Notes: a model not told the origin generated them from the letters alone. A stretch of DNA of 64,000 nucleotides from Thermodesulfovibrionales bacterium (GCA_026417875.1 JAOACK010000006.1:1201-65200); one strand, 5' to 3'; shown: positions 44,943 through 55,521, counted from the stretch's first letter. Program-made: numbers and translations.

Positions 44943-45752
44943 TCATCTTAATCCCAGTACATCCTGCATATCATAAAGTCCGGGTGATTTAGAGACCAAC
45001 CACCGTGCTGCCCTCAAAGCTCCCTTAGCAAAGGTATCCCTGCTTGATGCCCTGTGGGTGATCTCTATCCTTTCCCCTATCCCACCAAAAAGGACTGTAT
45101 GTTCACCCACTATATCTCCAGCCCTTACAGTCTGGATGCCGATCTCCTTTTTACTCCTCTCACCTATCATTCCTTTTCTTTCATAAACAGCCACCTCTTC
45201 AATATTTCTTCCAAGTGCATCAGCTATCACCTGAGCCATCTTCATAGCAGTACCGCTTGGTGCGTCTTTTTTTAATCTGTGATGTGCCTCAATAATTTCC
45301 ACATCATATTCATCGCCCAGAACTACTGCCACATCCCTTAGAACTTTTAGCAAAAGATTCACTCCAACACTCATATTTGGAGCCACCACACAGGGTATCT
45401 TAACTGCAAGACTTCTTAATTCCTCCAACTCTTGTTTTGAAAACCCGGTTGTACCTATAACCATTGCCTTTTTAAGCTCCACAGCAAGCCTTAAGTGTTC
45501 CAGTGTTACTGAGGGTGTGGAAAATTCAATAAGTACTTCTGCCTCCTTAATAGCATTCTGTGGCTCATCAGTGAGAAAGACACCTGTTTCTTTAAGTCCC
45601 AGAAGAAGACCTATATCCTTTCCGATGAATTCATGACCTCTCTTTTCAAGGGCTCCCTTTAACACAAAACCTTCTTCCTGAATACCGAGTGTTATTATCC
45701 TGCTGCCCATCCTGCCCAGTGCTCCTGAAACTGCAAAGGAAATCATAACCAT
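44943..45752 (-). CDS. dapB: 4-hydroxy-tetrahydrodipicolinate reductase
   Basis: N-terminal SGALGRMG dinucleotide fold and EAHHRLKKDAPSGTA signature. GGAGGT SD upstream. Confidence 0.9.
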   Translation of the reverse strand: MVMISFAVSGALGRMGSRIITLGIQEEGFVLKGALEKRGHEFIGKDIGLLLGLKETGVFLTDEPQNAIKEAEVLIEFSTPSVTLEHLRLAVELKKAMVIGTTGFSKQELEELRSLAVKIPCVVAPNMSVGVNLLLKVLRDVAVVLGDEYDVEIIEAHHRLKKDAPSGTAMKMAQVIADALGRNIEEVAVYERKGMIGERSKKEIGIQTVRAGDIVGEHTVLFGGIGERIEITHRASSRDTFAKGALRAARWLVSKSPGLYDMQDVLGLR

Positions 45753-45778
45753 ACCTCCTTTAAAATTAATTTCGAAAC

Positions 45779-45988
45779 TTACTTTTCTATTTCTGTCTGT
45801 TGTTCTTCTTCTCCGCTAATCTTCTGCTCGGGCTCCACAGGAACAGATATCCTGTATTCCTCAGATGCCCACCTGCCAAGATCAATAAGTTTGCATCTTT
45901 CAGAACAGAAGGGCCTCCAGGGATTTTCATTCCAGGTAGTAACTATCCTGCATACCGGGCATATAATATTCATATTGAATTTTAACAT
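45779..45988 (-). CDS. yacG: DNA gyrase inhibitor YacG (zinc ribbon)
   Basis: [36 protein letters not shown] is closely similar to E. coli YacG. Alternative start at 45973. Confidence 0.75.
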   Translation of the reverse strand: MLKFNMNIICPVCRIVTTWNENPWRPFCSERCKLIDLGRWASEEYRISVPVEPEQKISGEEEQQTEIEK

Positions 45989-46015
45989 AAAATAATCTAC
46001 CTAAAATAATTTTTA

Positions 46016-46024
46016 TGCTAAAAT
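46016..46024 (+). promoter_or_regulatory. Candidate extended -10 (TGcTAAAAT) for pdxJ, leaderless geometry
   Basis: The hexamer ends at 46024 and ATG 46030 is 6 nt downstream. No SD. Confidence 0.4.
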
Positions 46025-46029
46025 AAATC

Positions 46030-46749
46030 ATGCTACTTGGAGTGAATGTAGATCATGTAGCTACATTAAGGCAGGCAAGGCTTGCCAAGGAGCCTGATCC
46101 TGTTATGGCAGCTACCCTTGCAATACTTGGAGGAGCTGATGGGATAACAGTTCATCTCAGGGAAGACAGAAGACATATTCAGGACAGGGACCTCAGACTT
46201 CTAAGAGAAATTGTAACAGTTGAACTGAACCTTGAGATGGCGGCAACACAGGAGATGCTTAGGATAGCCATAGAGACAAAACCCGATCTTGTCACCATAG
46301 TACCTGAGAAAAGACAGGAACTCACCACAGAAGGGGGGCTCAATGTAAAGGACAATCGTAATGCTCTCAAAGAATTCATAAAAAAGATAAATGAACATGG
46401 TATCCCTGTTAGTCTTTTCATAAATCCATCAACAGAAGACGTTGATATCTCGAAAGAGATTGGTTCTCAGATGGTGGAGATTCATACGGGTATTTATGCT
46501 GATGCATCCTTCAGAAATAAACCTGAGGAATTAAGGAAAATACTAAATGCAGTCCAGAGGGCAAGGTCCGTTGGACTTGAAGTGAATGCAGGTCATGGCC
46601 TTAATTATCACAACGTAAAATCAGTGGCTCAAATCCCTGGTCTGAGAGGACTTTATATAGGCCACAGTATTGTGGCAAGGGCTGTTCTTGTGGGAATGAA
46701 AGAAGCCGTGAGAGAGATGAAGACTCTGATTGAATCAGCTACTAAATAA
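46030..46749 (+). CDS. pdxJ: Pyridoxine 5'-phosphate synthase
   Basis: LGVNVDHVATLRQAR, ITVHLREDRRHI, EVNAGHGL. Confidence 0.93.
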   Translation: MLLGVNVDHVATLRQARLAKEPDPVMAATLAILGGADGITVHLREDRRHIQDRDLRLLREIVTVELNLEMAATQEMLRIAIETKPDLVTIVPEKRQELTTEGGLNVKDNRNALKEFIKKINEHGIPVSLFINPSTEDVDISKEIGSQMVEIHTGIYADASFRNKPEELRKILNAVQRARSVGLEVNAGHGLNYHNVKSVAQIPGLRGLYIGHSIVARAVLVGMKEAVREMKTLIESATK

Positions 46750-46758
46750 AGGTCTTCT

Positions 46759-47112
46759 GTGATAAAAGGAACAGGTATTGATATAGTAAAAATTGATAGA
46801 ATTAAAAAGGCTGTAGAAAAATGGGGGGAAAAATTTCTTTCAAGGATATTCACTCAAAATGAACTAATATACTGTTTTCAGAAGAATCCTCCCTATGAAT
46901 CCCTTGCTGTAAGATTTGCTGCAAAGGAAGCCTTCTTGAAAGCAATAAATAAAAGACTCAGTTTCAGTTCAATTGAGATAAAAAATGAACCATCTGGAAA
47001 ACCTTATATCTCTGTAAAAGATAATCTCCCTGAGAATTTAAGATTTCATATCAGCCTCAGCCATGACACTCAGTATGCAGTTGCCGTAGTAATTGTGGAG
47101 GAGATTTCTTGA
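46759..47112 (+). CDS. acpS: Holo-[acyl-carrier-protein] synthase
   Basis: GTGIDIVKIDRI, FAAKEAFLKA, SLSHD; 117 aa; GTG start. Confidence 0.85.
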   Translation: MIKGTGIDIVKIDRIKKAVEKWGEKFLSRIFTQNELIYCFQKNPPYESLAVRFAAKEAFLKAINKRLSFSSIEIKNEPSGKPYISVKDNLPENLRFHISLSHDTQYAVAVVIVEEIS

Positions 47113-48632
47113 AGATTGTCACGTCTGAAGAGATGCACCTGATTGATAAAAAAACCATTCAAGAATATGGTATTTCTGCTCTTAATCTTATGGAAAGGGC
47201 TGGTAGAGCTGTAGCCCTTAGGATCAAAGAGTTTTTTAAAAAGGGTAATGTCATGGTTATAGCCGGTCCGGGAAATAATGGTGGAGATGGACTCGTTGCT
47301 GCCAGGTATCTTAAAAAATCTGGATTCAATGTAAAGGTCTGCCTTTTATTCGATAAAGATAAACTCAGCCCTGAAGCAAAGATACAACTTGAAAGACTAA
47401 AAAAAGCAAAAATACCCTTTAAAGTAAGCAGGGATTTAAATAAAGATGACCTCAGAAAGGTGATAATAGTGGATGCCCTTTTTGGAACAGGTCTTAAAAG
47501 AGAGATATCCGGTGACCTTGCTCAGCTTGTTGATAAGATTAATTCATCTGGAAATCCTGTGGTAGCAGTGGATATTCCCTCCGGAATATCCTCTGATGAC
47601 GGCTCTGTAATGGGAAAGGCTATCAGGGCTGATCTTACAGTGACCTTTGGTCTTCCAAAAAGAGGGCATATTTTATTCCCTGGTGCAGAATACACAGGGA
47701 AACTTTATGTAGAAAACATAGGATTTCCCGAAGAACTTCTCAATGCACCTTTTATAAAGACAGAACTTCTTACTGAGGATTATATAAGGGCATTGATTCC
47801 TCAGAGAAAGAGATATTCTCACAAAGGGACCTACGGACACGTTCTTATAATTGCAGGCTCAAAGGGAAAGACAGGCGCCTGCCTAATGGCAGCACGTGCC
47901 GCTCTGAGATCAGGGGCAGGCCTTGTAACAATGGGTGTTCCTGAGACATTACTTTCAGTATTCCAGTCAAGGGTTAGTGATGAGATGTGCCTCGGTCTTC
48001 CTGACAGCGGTGATGGCATATTACGCAAAGAGGCATTAAAGGTCATTTCTGACTTTTCAGAAAAAAAGGCACAGGTCATTGCAATTGGTCCAGGTATGGG
48101 TGTAACAGAGGATACAAAGGAAATAATGAAGGGATTGCTGCATTCAATGAATATTCCGCTCGTTATTGATGCTGATGGAATAAATTGTCTGGAAGGTCTT
48201 ACTTTTTTACTTAAAAACAAAAAGCAATGTGTCATAACACCCCATCCAGGAGAATTCTCGAGACTCACAGGTATATCCAGGGAAGAGATTGAGAAAAGAA
48301 GGATAGAGCTCTCTTCAGAATTCTCTCTAAAATATGGTGTTACAACTGTGCTTAAAGGAGTACCAACTGTAATTAGCCATGAGGGTTATTCTTATATAAA
48401 CACTACAGGAAATCCGGGAATGGCAAAGGCAGGAAGTGGTGATGTTCTTACAGGGATAATTGCAGGTCTTATGGCCCAGGGTCTTTCACCGCTCAATGCC
48501 TCTATTCTTGGTGTCTACATGCATGGTCTTGCAGGCGATATAGGCTCAAAAGAAAAAGGCCTGTGGAGCCTTCTTGCCTCTGATATAATTGAATATATAC
48601 CCGGTGCCTTTAAGGAGCTAACCTGTGAATGA
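47109..48632 (+). CDS. nnr: Bifunctional NAD(P)H-hydrate repair enzyme (epimerase / ADP-dependent dehydratase)
   Basis: YjeF_N motif AGPGNNGGDGLVAA. The C-terminal carbohydrate-kinase-like domain has HKGTYGHVLIIAGS and AGSGDVLTGIIAG. Confidence 0.88.
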   Translation: MKIVTSEEMHLIDKKTIQEYGISALNLMERAGRAVALRIKEFFKKGNVMVIAGPGNNGGDGLVAARYLKKSGFNVKVCLLFDKDKLSPEAKIQLERLKKAKIPFKVSRDLNKDDLRKVIIVDALFGTGLKREISGDLAQLVDKINSSGNPVVAVDIPSGISSDDGSVMGKAIRADLTVTFGLPKRGHILFPGAEYTGKLYVENIGFPEELLNAPFIKTELLTEDYIRALIPQRKRYSHKGTYGHVLIIAGSKGKTGACLMAARAALRSGAGLVTMGVPETLLSVFQSRVSDEMCLGLPDSGDGILRKEALKVISDFSEKKAQVIAIGPGMGVTEDTKEIMKGLLHSMNIPLVIDADGINCLEGLTFLLKNKKQCVITPHPGEFSRLTGISREEIEKRRIELSSEFSLKYGVTTVLKGVPTVISHEGYSYINTTGNPGMAKAGSGDVLTGIIAGLMAQGLSPLNASILGVYMHGLAGDIGSKEKGLWSLLASDIIEYIPGAFKELTCE

Positions 48633-49275
48633 CCTCATTGTGCCAGAGATCTTTCCAGAAAATATAAAGGCCTTTTTTACAACAAAGGAAAGCCACGACC
48701 ATATATATCAACTCAGTTACCCAGTATACAAACCAATTCAGAGACATACTTCAGAGGTAATTATCCTTGATGGTATGGAAAGAAGGGTTGCTGATGGAGT
48801 GATTACTGATAGAAAAGGAATAGTCCTTGGAGTAGAGACAGCTGACTGCCTTCCCATTCTTCTCTGTGACCCTTCCATACCTGCTGTAGGTGCAGTACAT
48901 GCAGGATGGAGGGGAACTGCTCAAGGCATAATTAAGAATGCTATAAAAAAATTTAAAGAAGTCTTCTCATCTGATCCATCAAGGATACTGATGGCAACAG
49001 GTCCATCAATAGGTCCTTGCTGCTATGAGGTGGAACAATCTGTAATGGAGGCAGTATCTTCACAGACAGGTTCTTTTTATACAGAAAGAAAGGGTAAGTA
49101 CTATATTGACCTTGTCATGGAAAATATAATACAGGCAGTTTCAGAAGGTCTTAAAAGAGAAAATATCTGGCATTCAGGAGAGTGCACACGATGTTCCAAT
49201 GAGAGATTCTATTCTTACAGATATCACGGAAAACTTGCTGGCAGGCAAGGAGGATTCATCCTTATTGAAATTTAA
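48625..49275 (+). CDS. pgeF: YfiH/PgeF family protein (laccase-domain, purine nucleoside phosphorylase / peptidoglycan editing factor)
   Basis: ETADCLPILL, VHAGWRGTAQG, GPCCYEV, C..C…FYSYR. Confidence 0.85.
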   Translation: MNDLIVPEIFPENIKAFFTTKESHDHIYQLSYPVYKPIQRHTSEVIILDGMERRVADGVITDRKGIVLGVETADCLPILLCDPSIPAVGAVHAGWRGTAQGIIKNAIKKFKEVFSSDPSRILMATGPSIGPCCYEVEQSVMEAVSSQTGSFYTERKGKYYIDLVMENIIQAVSEGLKRENIWHSGECTRCSNERFYSYRYHGKLAGRQGGFILIEI

Positions 49276-49363
49276 TCTCAATTGTGGTAACTTTGAATAA
49301 GAAACCCCTGAGTGCAGGGTTTAATTCTTCAGGCCACTCAATGGTGGCAGAAGGAGGCCCCAA

Positions 49364-49594
49364 TTGAAAGAACAGGAAATAATTGAGCTTCTAAGAAAAG
49401 AAAACGAGGAATTCAGAAGACTCGAACAGGAACACAGAAATCTTGACAATACCCTAAAACAACTGGAATCAAAGAGATATCTAACAAGTGAGGAAGAACT
49501 TGAGATACATAATTTGAAAAAACTAAAACTTTCAAAAAAAGACAGAATGCTTGAGCTTATAGAAGAATACAAAAAGAGCCATTCTTTAAATTAA
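49364..49594 (+). CDS. DUF465 (YdcH-like) coiled-coil protein
   Basis: TTG start with AAGGAGG SD 6 nt upstream. [22 protein letters not shown]…[12 protein letters not shown] is the typical DUF465 pattern. Confidence 0.65.
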   Translation: MKEQEIIELLRKENEEFRRLEQEHRNLDNTLKQLESKRYLTSEEELEIHNLKKLKLSKKDRMLELIEEYKKSHSLN

Positions 49595-49640
49595 TTTTTT
49601 ATTTTATATAAAATTTCTAGCTCATAGCGGGAGGATTTTT

Positions 49641-51305
49641 ATGCCTTTAAGAAGTTCACGGATAAAAAAAGGACTTGAAAGGGTTCCCCACAGGGCACTA
49701 CTCTATGCCACGGGCCTTCCTAAATCAGAAATCAACAAACCCTTCATAGGGGTTGCATCAAGTTTTACAGACATCATTCCGGGACATATAGGTATGAGAG
49801 ATCTTGAAAGATTTATTGAAAAGGGTATTCACACTGGAGGAGGCTATCCCTTCTTTTTTGGAATTCCAGGAATATGTGATGGAATAGCCATGGGACACAG
49901 AGGGATGCATTACAGCCTCCCATCAAGAGAATTGATAGCTGATATGGTTGAGACCATAGCAGAGGCCCATCAGTTTGATGGTCTTGTTCTTTTAACTAAT
50001 TGTGACAAGATAACACCAGGTATGCTAATGGCAGCAGCAAGGATAAATATTCCATCAATTGTTATAACAGCAGGACCTATGCACTCAGGGCTTCTTAAAG
50101 GCAAAAGACTCTCCCTTGTTAACGATACCTTTGAGGCGATAGGGAAATTCAAAAAGGGCCTGATATCAGAAAGGGAGCTTGAACAGCTTGAACTCTGTGC
50201 ATGCCCAGGACCGGGTTCCTGTCAGGGAATGTACACAGCAAATACAATGGCCTGTGTAACGGAGGCACTGGGAATGAGCCTTCCAACCTGTGCCACAAGT
50301 CTTGCAATCACCTCCCATAAAAGAAGGATTGCCTTTGAGAGCGGAAGAAGGATTGTGGAGCTTGTAAGGAAAAATATCAGACCGAGGAAGATAATGACAA
50401 GAAAGGCTTTTGAAAATGCTATAAGGGTCGACCTTGCACTTGGCGGTTCAACAAACACAGTTCTTCATATCCCTGCAATAGCCCGTGAAGCAGGAGTTGA
50501 GCTTCCCCTTGAAGTATTTGATGAGCTGAGCCGTACAACCCCTCATATTGCCAATATGCTTCCAGGAGGAGAACATTTCCTTGAAGACCTTGATGCTGCA
50601 GGAGGAATACCTGCTGTGCTTAAAAGACTAGGAAAACTGATTCATAATACAATGACACTCAGCGGCTTTACAACTCACCAGATTGCCGAGAGGGCAGAAA
50701 TCTATGATGAGAATGTAATTAGGCCTCTTGAAAAGGCTTATCATAAAGAAGGTGGTATAGCTATTCTCAGGGGAAATCTGGCACCTGATGGAGCTGTTGT
50801 TAAGCAATCTGCTGTTAGCCCAAAGATGATGGTCTTTGAAGGAGTTGCAAAGGTCTACGATTCAGAAGAAGAAGGCATGAAAGCAATTCTTAATGGAGAG
50901 ATCAAGCCAGGTGATGTTGTTGTGATAAGATATGAGGGTCCGAAAGGAGGTCCTGGCATGAGGGAGATGCTTTCACCAACAGCAACCATAGCAGGTATGG
51001 GACTGAGTGAATCCGTTGCACTTATTACAGATGGCAGGTTCTCAGGTGGAACAAGGGGTCCCTGTATAGGTCATATATCGCCAGAGGCAATGGAGGGAGG
51101 ACCTATTGCAATAATCCAGAATGGAGACAGAATAAAGATCGATATTCCAAAAAGAAAGATTGACCTTCTTCTTTCTGAAGAAGAAATAAAGAAGAGACTT
51201 TCCAAATGGAAACCTCCAAAACCAAAGATAACAAAGGGATGGCTTGCAAGATATGCAAAGCTTGTAACATCTGCAGGCACAGGTGCTGTAATGAAGGAAG
51301 AGTAA
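49641..51305 (+). CDS. ilvD: Dihydroxy-acid dehydratase
   Basis: [41 protein letters not shown] upstream. Confidence 0.95.
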   Translation: MPLRSSRIKKGLERVPHRALLYATGLPKSEINKPFIGVASSFTDIIPGHIGMRDLERFIEKGIHTGGGYPFFFGIPGICDGIAMGHRGMHYSLPSRELIADMVETIAEAHQFDGLVLLTNCDKITPGMLMAAARINIPSIVITAGPMHSGLLKGKRLSLVNDTFEAIGKFKKGLISERELEQLELCACPGPGSCQGMYTANTMACVTEALGMSLPTCATSLAITSHKRRIAFESGRRIVELVRKNIRPRKIMTRKAFENAIRVDLALGGSTNTVLHIPAIAREAGVELPLEVFDELSRTTPHIANMLPGGEHFLEDLDAAGGIPAVLKRLGKLIHNTMTLSGFTTHQIAERAEIYDENVIRPLEKAYHKEGGIAILRGNLAPDGAVVKQSAVSPKMMVFEGVAKVYDSEEEGMKAILNGEIKPGDVVVIRYEGPKGGPGMREMLSPTATIAGMGLSESVALITDGRFSGGTRGPCIGHISPEAMEGGPIAIIQNGDRIKIDIPKRKIDLLLSEEEIKKRLSKWKPPKPKITKGWLARYAKLVTSAGTGAVMKEE

Positions 51306-51414
51306 GCCTTTATATACCAGAAATATTCACCTATCTTACAAAGAACAGAAATGCCTTGAAATGAAGAATGATAAAATGGAATTACTCAATTATGAGTATA
51401 TTGAATCGTGAAGA

Positions 51415-53028
51415 TTAAAAGAGTCCGAGCTGCCTTTCTTTTTCATATCTATCTGGTAAATAGAGTGTTTCTACAAATTCCTCTTTAATCTCTGATAAAA
51501 AGGAGGAAGGTTTCTGAATCTCTGTCTTACCATATAGCTTTCTTCTTCTTGCCTGAAGAAGGTATAATTCTTCCTTTGCCCTTGTCATGGCTACATAAAG
51601 GAGTCTCCTCTCCTCTTCTAAATTTTCTGGCTCAATAGGAATCAGACCTTCCTCAAGGCCTGAAATAAAGACTACCCTGAATTCAAGACCCTTAGACATA
51701 TGAATTGTAAGAAGCCTCACACCCTCAGCCTGAAGCCTGTCTTCTTCAGGACCCGTAAGTTTAAGCCAGCTTATAAGGTCATCAGTTGAAGATGGAATAT
51801 AATCAGCCATCAGGGAATTTATTATTTTATATTTTTTTCTCAGTTCTGATATAAGCAATTCTAAGGGCTTATCCTTATTTTCTTCAAGATAGAGAATTAT
51901 TTCTTTTATAGAATCTATAAAAGTCCTTCCCATGGCATAACAGGGTATACCTGCCTTTTTTAATTCAGACTCCATTGCTAACACCTGATTATTTGTCCTA
52001 AATAGTACTGCAAAATCGGAGAAAACATAATCACTCCTTTCGGCAACATCCATACCTTTCATAAGGCTGTAATGGCTCATGCCGCCCATCCTTTTTTCTA
52101 TCTCCTTAACAATAAAATCAATCTCAGCCCTGTCATCAGGCAGGGAAACTATCTTCACAGGGAGTCCCTCTCTTTTGATACTCACAATATTTCTAGGTAT
52201 CCTCTCTTTATTATTTTCAATAAATGTTTCTGAAGCCTTAACTATAAAAGGCTGGGATCTGTAGTTTTTATCAAGAACAATTTTTACAGCATGAGGATAT
52301 TCCTTTTCAAAATTGATAAAATTCTCTACATTTGCTCCCCTGAAGCTATAGATTGACTGATCAGGATCACCAACAGCAAATATTTTATCCACAGATAGCA
52401 TCTTTAGCATTTTGAGCTGAAGAGGATTAATATCTTGATACTCATCCACCAGTAGATACCTCATAGTTCTGCTATATCTACTCTTAAAAGATGGATCGCT
52501 CAGTAGCTCTATTGCCCTTATTAAAAGATCATCATAGTCAAGGGCTTTTTTTTCAAGAAGAATTTCATAATAATCGTTAATTATCTTTTTAAGCTTCTCG
52601 TCAGGTTTATCAACGAGATTCTTTACCCTTGATATCCTTTCAAGGATAACTGATGGCTTTCCCGCACCAGATATTCTTTTAATGAGCTCTATCTGTTCTT
52701 CCCTACTGATAATATAAAAATCTTCACCACTAAATTCTCTTAAGAGCCTTAAACCTAAAAGGTGAAAGGTTCCAGCAAACAATCCATTGAGTCCTCCGTA
52801 AAAAGCTCTTATCCGTTGTTTGAGCTCAGAGGCTGCCCTGTTTGTAAAAGTAAGAGCACATATTTCCTCAAAACTTAAGCCCTTTGCTATAAGATAGGCA
52901 ATCCGCCTTACAATTGTAAGGGTCTTACCTGTACCTGGTCCTGCTACAACAAGTACAGGACAATCAGGTGCTGTAACAGCATGTCTCTGGGATTCGTTTA
53001 AACCCTCAAGGATTATTTCTATATCCAT
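51415..53028 (-). CDS. UvrD/Rep-family helicase, short form (537 aa)
   Basis: LNESQRHAV, AGPGTGKT, VDEYQDIN, TIHMSKGLEFRVVF, YVAMTRAK. Its start overlaps the truD 3' end by 23 nt. Confidence 0.85.
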   Translation of the reverse strand: MDIEIILEGLNESQRHAVTAPDCPVLVVAGPGTGKTLTIVRRIAYLIAKGLSFEEICALTFTNRAASELKQRIRAFYGGLNGLFAGTFHLLGLRLLREFSGEDFYIISREEQIELIKRISGAGKPSVILERISRVKNLVDKPDEKLKKIINDYYEILLEKKALDYDDLLIRAIELLSDPSFKSRYSRTMRYLLVDEYQDINPLQLKMLKMLSVDKIFAVGDPDQSIYSFRGANVENFINFEKEYPHAVKIVLDKNYRSQPFIVKASETFIENNKERIPRNIVSIKREGLPVKIVSLPDDRAEIDFIVKEIEKRMGGMSHYSLMKGMDVAERSDYVFSDFAVLFRTNNQVLAMESELKKAGIPCYAMGRTFIDSIKEIILYLEENKDKPLELLISELRKKYKIINSLMADYIPSSTDDLISWLKLTGPEEDRLQAEGVRLLTIHMSKGLEFRVVFISGLEEGLIPIEPENLEEERRLLYVAMTRAKEELYLLQARRRKLYGKTEIQKPSSFLSEIKEEFVETLYLPDRYEKERQLGLF

Positions 53029-54178
53029 CTGCCATCAGTCTCTTTATAAACATTGTTCCATAACTTCCCCTCTTAAGCTCAAAATGAAGATAAAGGGCCT
53101 TTCTGTTTTGATAAACCTCATCATCTCTGATATCATAACCCTTCAGATCAGGTATTACTACAAAGGGTCTCGGTGTTGAACTGAAAAAGGCTGCTCTTAT
53201 TTTTTTAAGATTAAACATTGAAGGCTTGAGTTCCATTTCTTTAAGGATATTATTATAAATCACCTCTGTCAGCTCATCGGGCATCTGTGCTTTATGAGAG
53301 GCTGTCGGGATAATCAAACTTCTGAGATATTCAAAGGACTGAGGTTTTCTGTAAAATAGATAATCCCAGTAATTACCCCTGTATCTAATAATCTCATCAC
53401 CATAAATCATGACTATCCTCTCTGCCATCTTATTCCAGATATAGGATTGAAAGGCTGCGAAGAAAATAGAGAGTTCATATCCCGGGATAGTCTGAATAAT
53501 CTTGAGAAAAGGTTTTTCTTCTTTTTTGCTTAGGATCCTGAATGCCCTTTTTTCAATAGAGGTTTTTGCTTTTTTCAGACACTCATCCCACTTTCCCCAG
53601 TTCTCATAGAAAAACCTCTTTCTCTCTTTTTCCTCCTTCCTGTCCTCTGGATGTACTGCCGTAAGATATATCTTCACTGCACCATTATAATGTTTTTTTA
53701 ATATTTTTTCTGCAATAAATCCCTGTTCTCTGGAAAAACTTCCGAATCTCTGGTCATCAAAGTAATTTGGATATCCATACTGTTTTACCCACTCTATCTC
53801 TCCGAGAGCCTTTTCAGCTTCTTCTTCTTTAAGGTCTCTTACAACGATTTTAAATTCATTTGCCTCAATAAGGTCAGGTCCCATGGGTCTGTCCATGTCA
53901 CCAACGTATTTCAGACTAAAGGATTCTTCTTCTCTCTCTCTCAATGAGGTATCATCAATGGTTATATACTGAGAGGTAAGGCCATATCTATCCTTTTTAC
54001 CTCCATAGGAAAACCTCTGAAAGGAAATACCAAAGGCCTTTGAAAGTTTCAAGAGAAGATCCAGAGTATTGTATCCTTTTTTTGTAAGTATATAAACCTT
54101 GAATCTTCCACCTTTTCTCAATGGTAGCTTTGCCTTCTCCTGAACAACAAAGTCATCCGGTTTCACCTTTATCTTCAT
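53006..54178 (-). CDS. truD: tRNA pseudouridine(13) synthase TruD
   Basis: KVKPDDFVVQE N-terminus, YGGKKDRYGLT (catalytic Asp region), NYFDDQRFG. Confidence 0.85.
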   Translation of the reverse strand: MKIKVKPDDFVVQEKAKLPLRKGGRFKVYILTKKGYNTLDLLLKLSKAFGISFQRFSYGGKKDRYGLTSQYITIDDTSLREREEESFSLKYVGDMDRPMGPDLIEANEFKIVVRDLKEEEAEKALGEIEWVKQYGYPNYFDDQRFGSFSREQGFIAEKILKKHYNGAVKIYLTAVHPEDRKEEKERKRFFYENWGKWDECLKKAKTSIEKRAFRILSKKEEKPFLKIIQTIPGYELSIFFAAFQSYIWNKMAERIVMIYGDEIIRYRGNYWDYLFYRKPQSFEYLRSLIIPTASHKAQMPDELTEVIYNNILKEMELKPSMFNLKKIRAAFFSSTPRPFVVIPDLKGYDIRDDEVYQNRKALYLHFELKRGSYGTMFIKRLMADGYRNNP

Positions 54179-54303
54179 AAATTTTTAGGATAAAAATAGT
54201 AATAAAGATTTTCAAGATACTTTCAAAAATATGGTATGCCTCTTTAAAAAACCCAAGGATTTGAAATTAGGAAAGATTTAGGCACAATCACTTCATTATT
54301 CCT

Positions 54304-55521
54304 TTAACTCTTAACAAGTCTACCGCCCCTGGGAATTACAGCTATTCCTGAATGGTCTATATGACATCTGAACCTGTCTTTTTCAGGCTCAAAACCTATC
54401 CTTTCGCCTTCCTCTATTGTATTAAGTTTATCAACTATCAATCTCTTTAAAGCTGCACCCTTTTTTATAACCACATCATCCATTATTATGCATTCCTCAA
54501 TTGTCACATCGTCTTCTATCACAACCCCGCTCCTTATTACAGAATTTATTATCTTCGCCTTTCCAACTACTGTTCCCTCAGCAATTATACTGTTCATTAT
54601 ATCAGCCTTCAATATTTTTGCCGGTGGAAATTCTGAACTTGATGGATGTATGGGCCAGAGTCTGTTATTCAGTTCAAACAATGGTTTTTCTCCAAGCATA
54701 TCCATATGTGCATTAAAATAAGCCGCTATTGTCCCCACATCGCGCCAGTAACCTTTTTCTTCGTAATCTCTTGTGCCAGGGATTATATTTGTACCAAAGT
54801 CGTAGGCAAATACCTTTTTTGTCTCAACAAGGTCAGGTATAATATGGGCACCGAAATCATGCTGTTTTTTATTCTGAGCCTTGATTAATGATTCAATAAG
54901 TACATCTTTATTGAATATATAATTTCCCATTGACACATAGGCCATCTTCGGATTATCGGGCATAGGTGAAGGTTTTTTAGGCTTTTCCTGAAAGCCGGTG
55001 ATCCTCTTTTCCTGATCAGAAACTATAACACCAAATTGTGAAGCTGTCTCAATGGGAACAGGTCTTGCGGCAACAGTTACAAATGCATCCTTCTCAAGAT
55101 GAAAATCTATCATCTGTCTTATATCCATTCTGTATATATGATCAGCACCAAAGACTATAACAAGTTCAGGATTGAGCTGTTGAATAAGATTGAGATTCTG
55201 AAATACTGCATCAGCAGTTCCCTGAAACCACTCAGGACCCATCCTCATCTGAGGCGGAACCACAGTAATAAAATGTTCCTTAACAAGGGGAGACATCACC
55301 CAGTTTCTTCTGATATGTTCTATCAAAGACTGGGATTTATACTGCACAAGGAGATACACTGAATAAATATGGGAATTAATAAGATTGCTCAATACAAAAT
55401 CCACTATCCTGTAACGACCACCGAAGGGAACAGATGGTTTTGAACGAAAGGCTGTTAGCGGAAAAAGCCTCTCGCCTTTACCACCAGCAAGCACAAAGGC
55501 AAGCACCCTGGGATGGGGCAT
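54304..55521 (-). CDS. glgC: Glucose-1-phosphate adenylyltransferase
   Basis: LAGGKGERLFPLT, FGGRYRIVDF, WFQGTADAV, and a C-terminal left-handed beta-helix repeat. AAGGAG SD. Confidence 0.92.
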   Translation of the reverse strand: MPHPRVLAFVLAGGKGERLFPLTAFRSKPSVPFGGRYRIVDFVLSNLINSHIYSVYLLVQYKSQSLIEHIRRNWVMSPLVKEHFITVVPPQMRMGPEWFQGTADAVFQNLNLIQQLNPELVIVFGADHIYRMDIRQMIDFHLEKDAFVTVAARPVPIETASQFGVIVSDQEKRITGFQEKPKKPSPMPDNPKMAYVSMGNYIFNKDVLIESLIKAQNKKQHDFGAHIIPDLVETKKVFAYDFGTNIIPGTRDYEEKGYWRDVGTIAAYFNAHMDMLGEKPLFELNNRLWPIHPSSSEFPPAKILKADIMNSIIAEGTVVGKAKIINSVIRSGVVIEDDVTIEECIIMDDVVIKKGAALKRLIVDKLNTIEEGERIGFEPEKDRFRCHIDHSGIAVIPRGGRLVKS

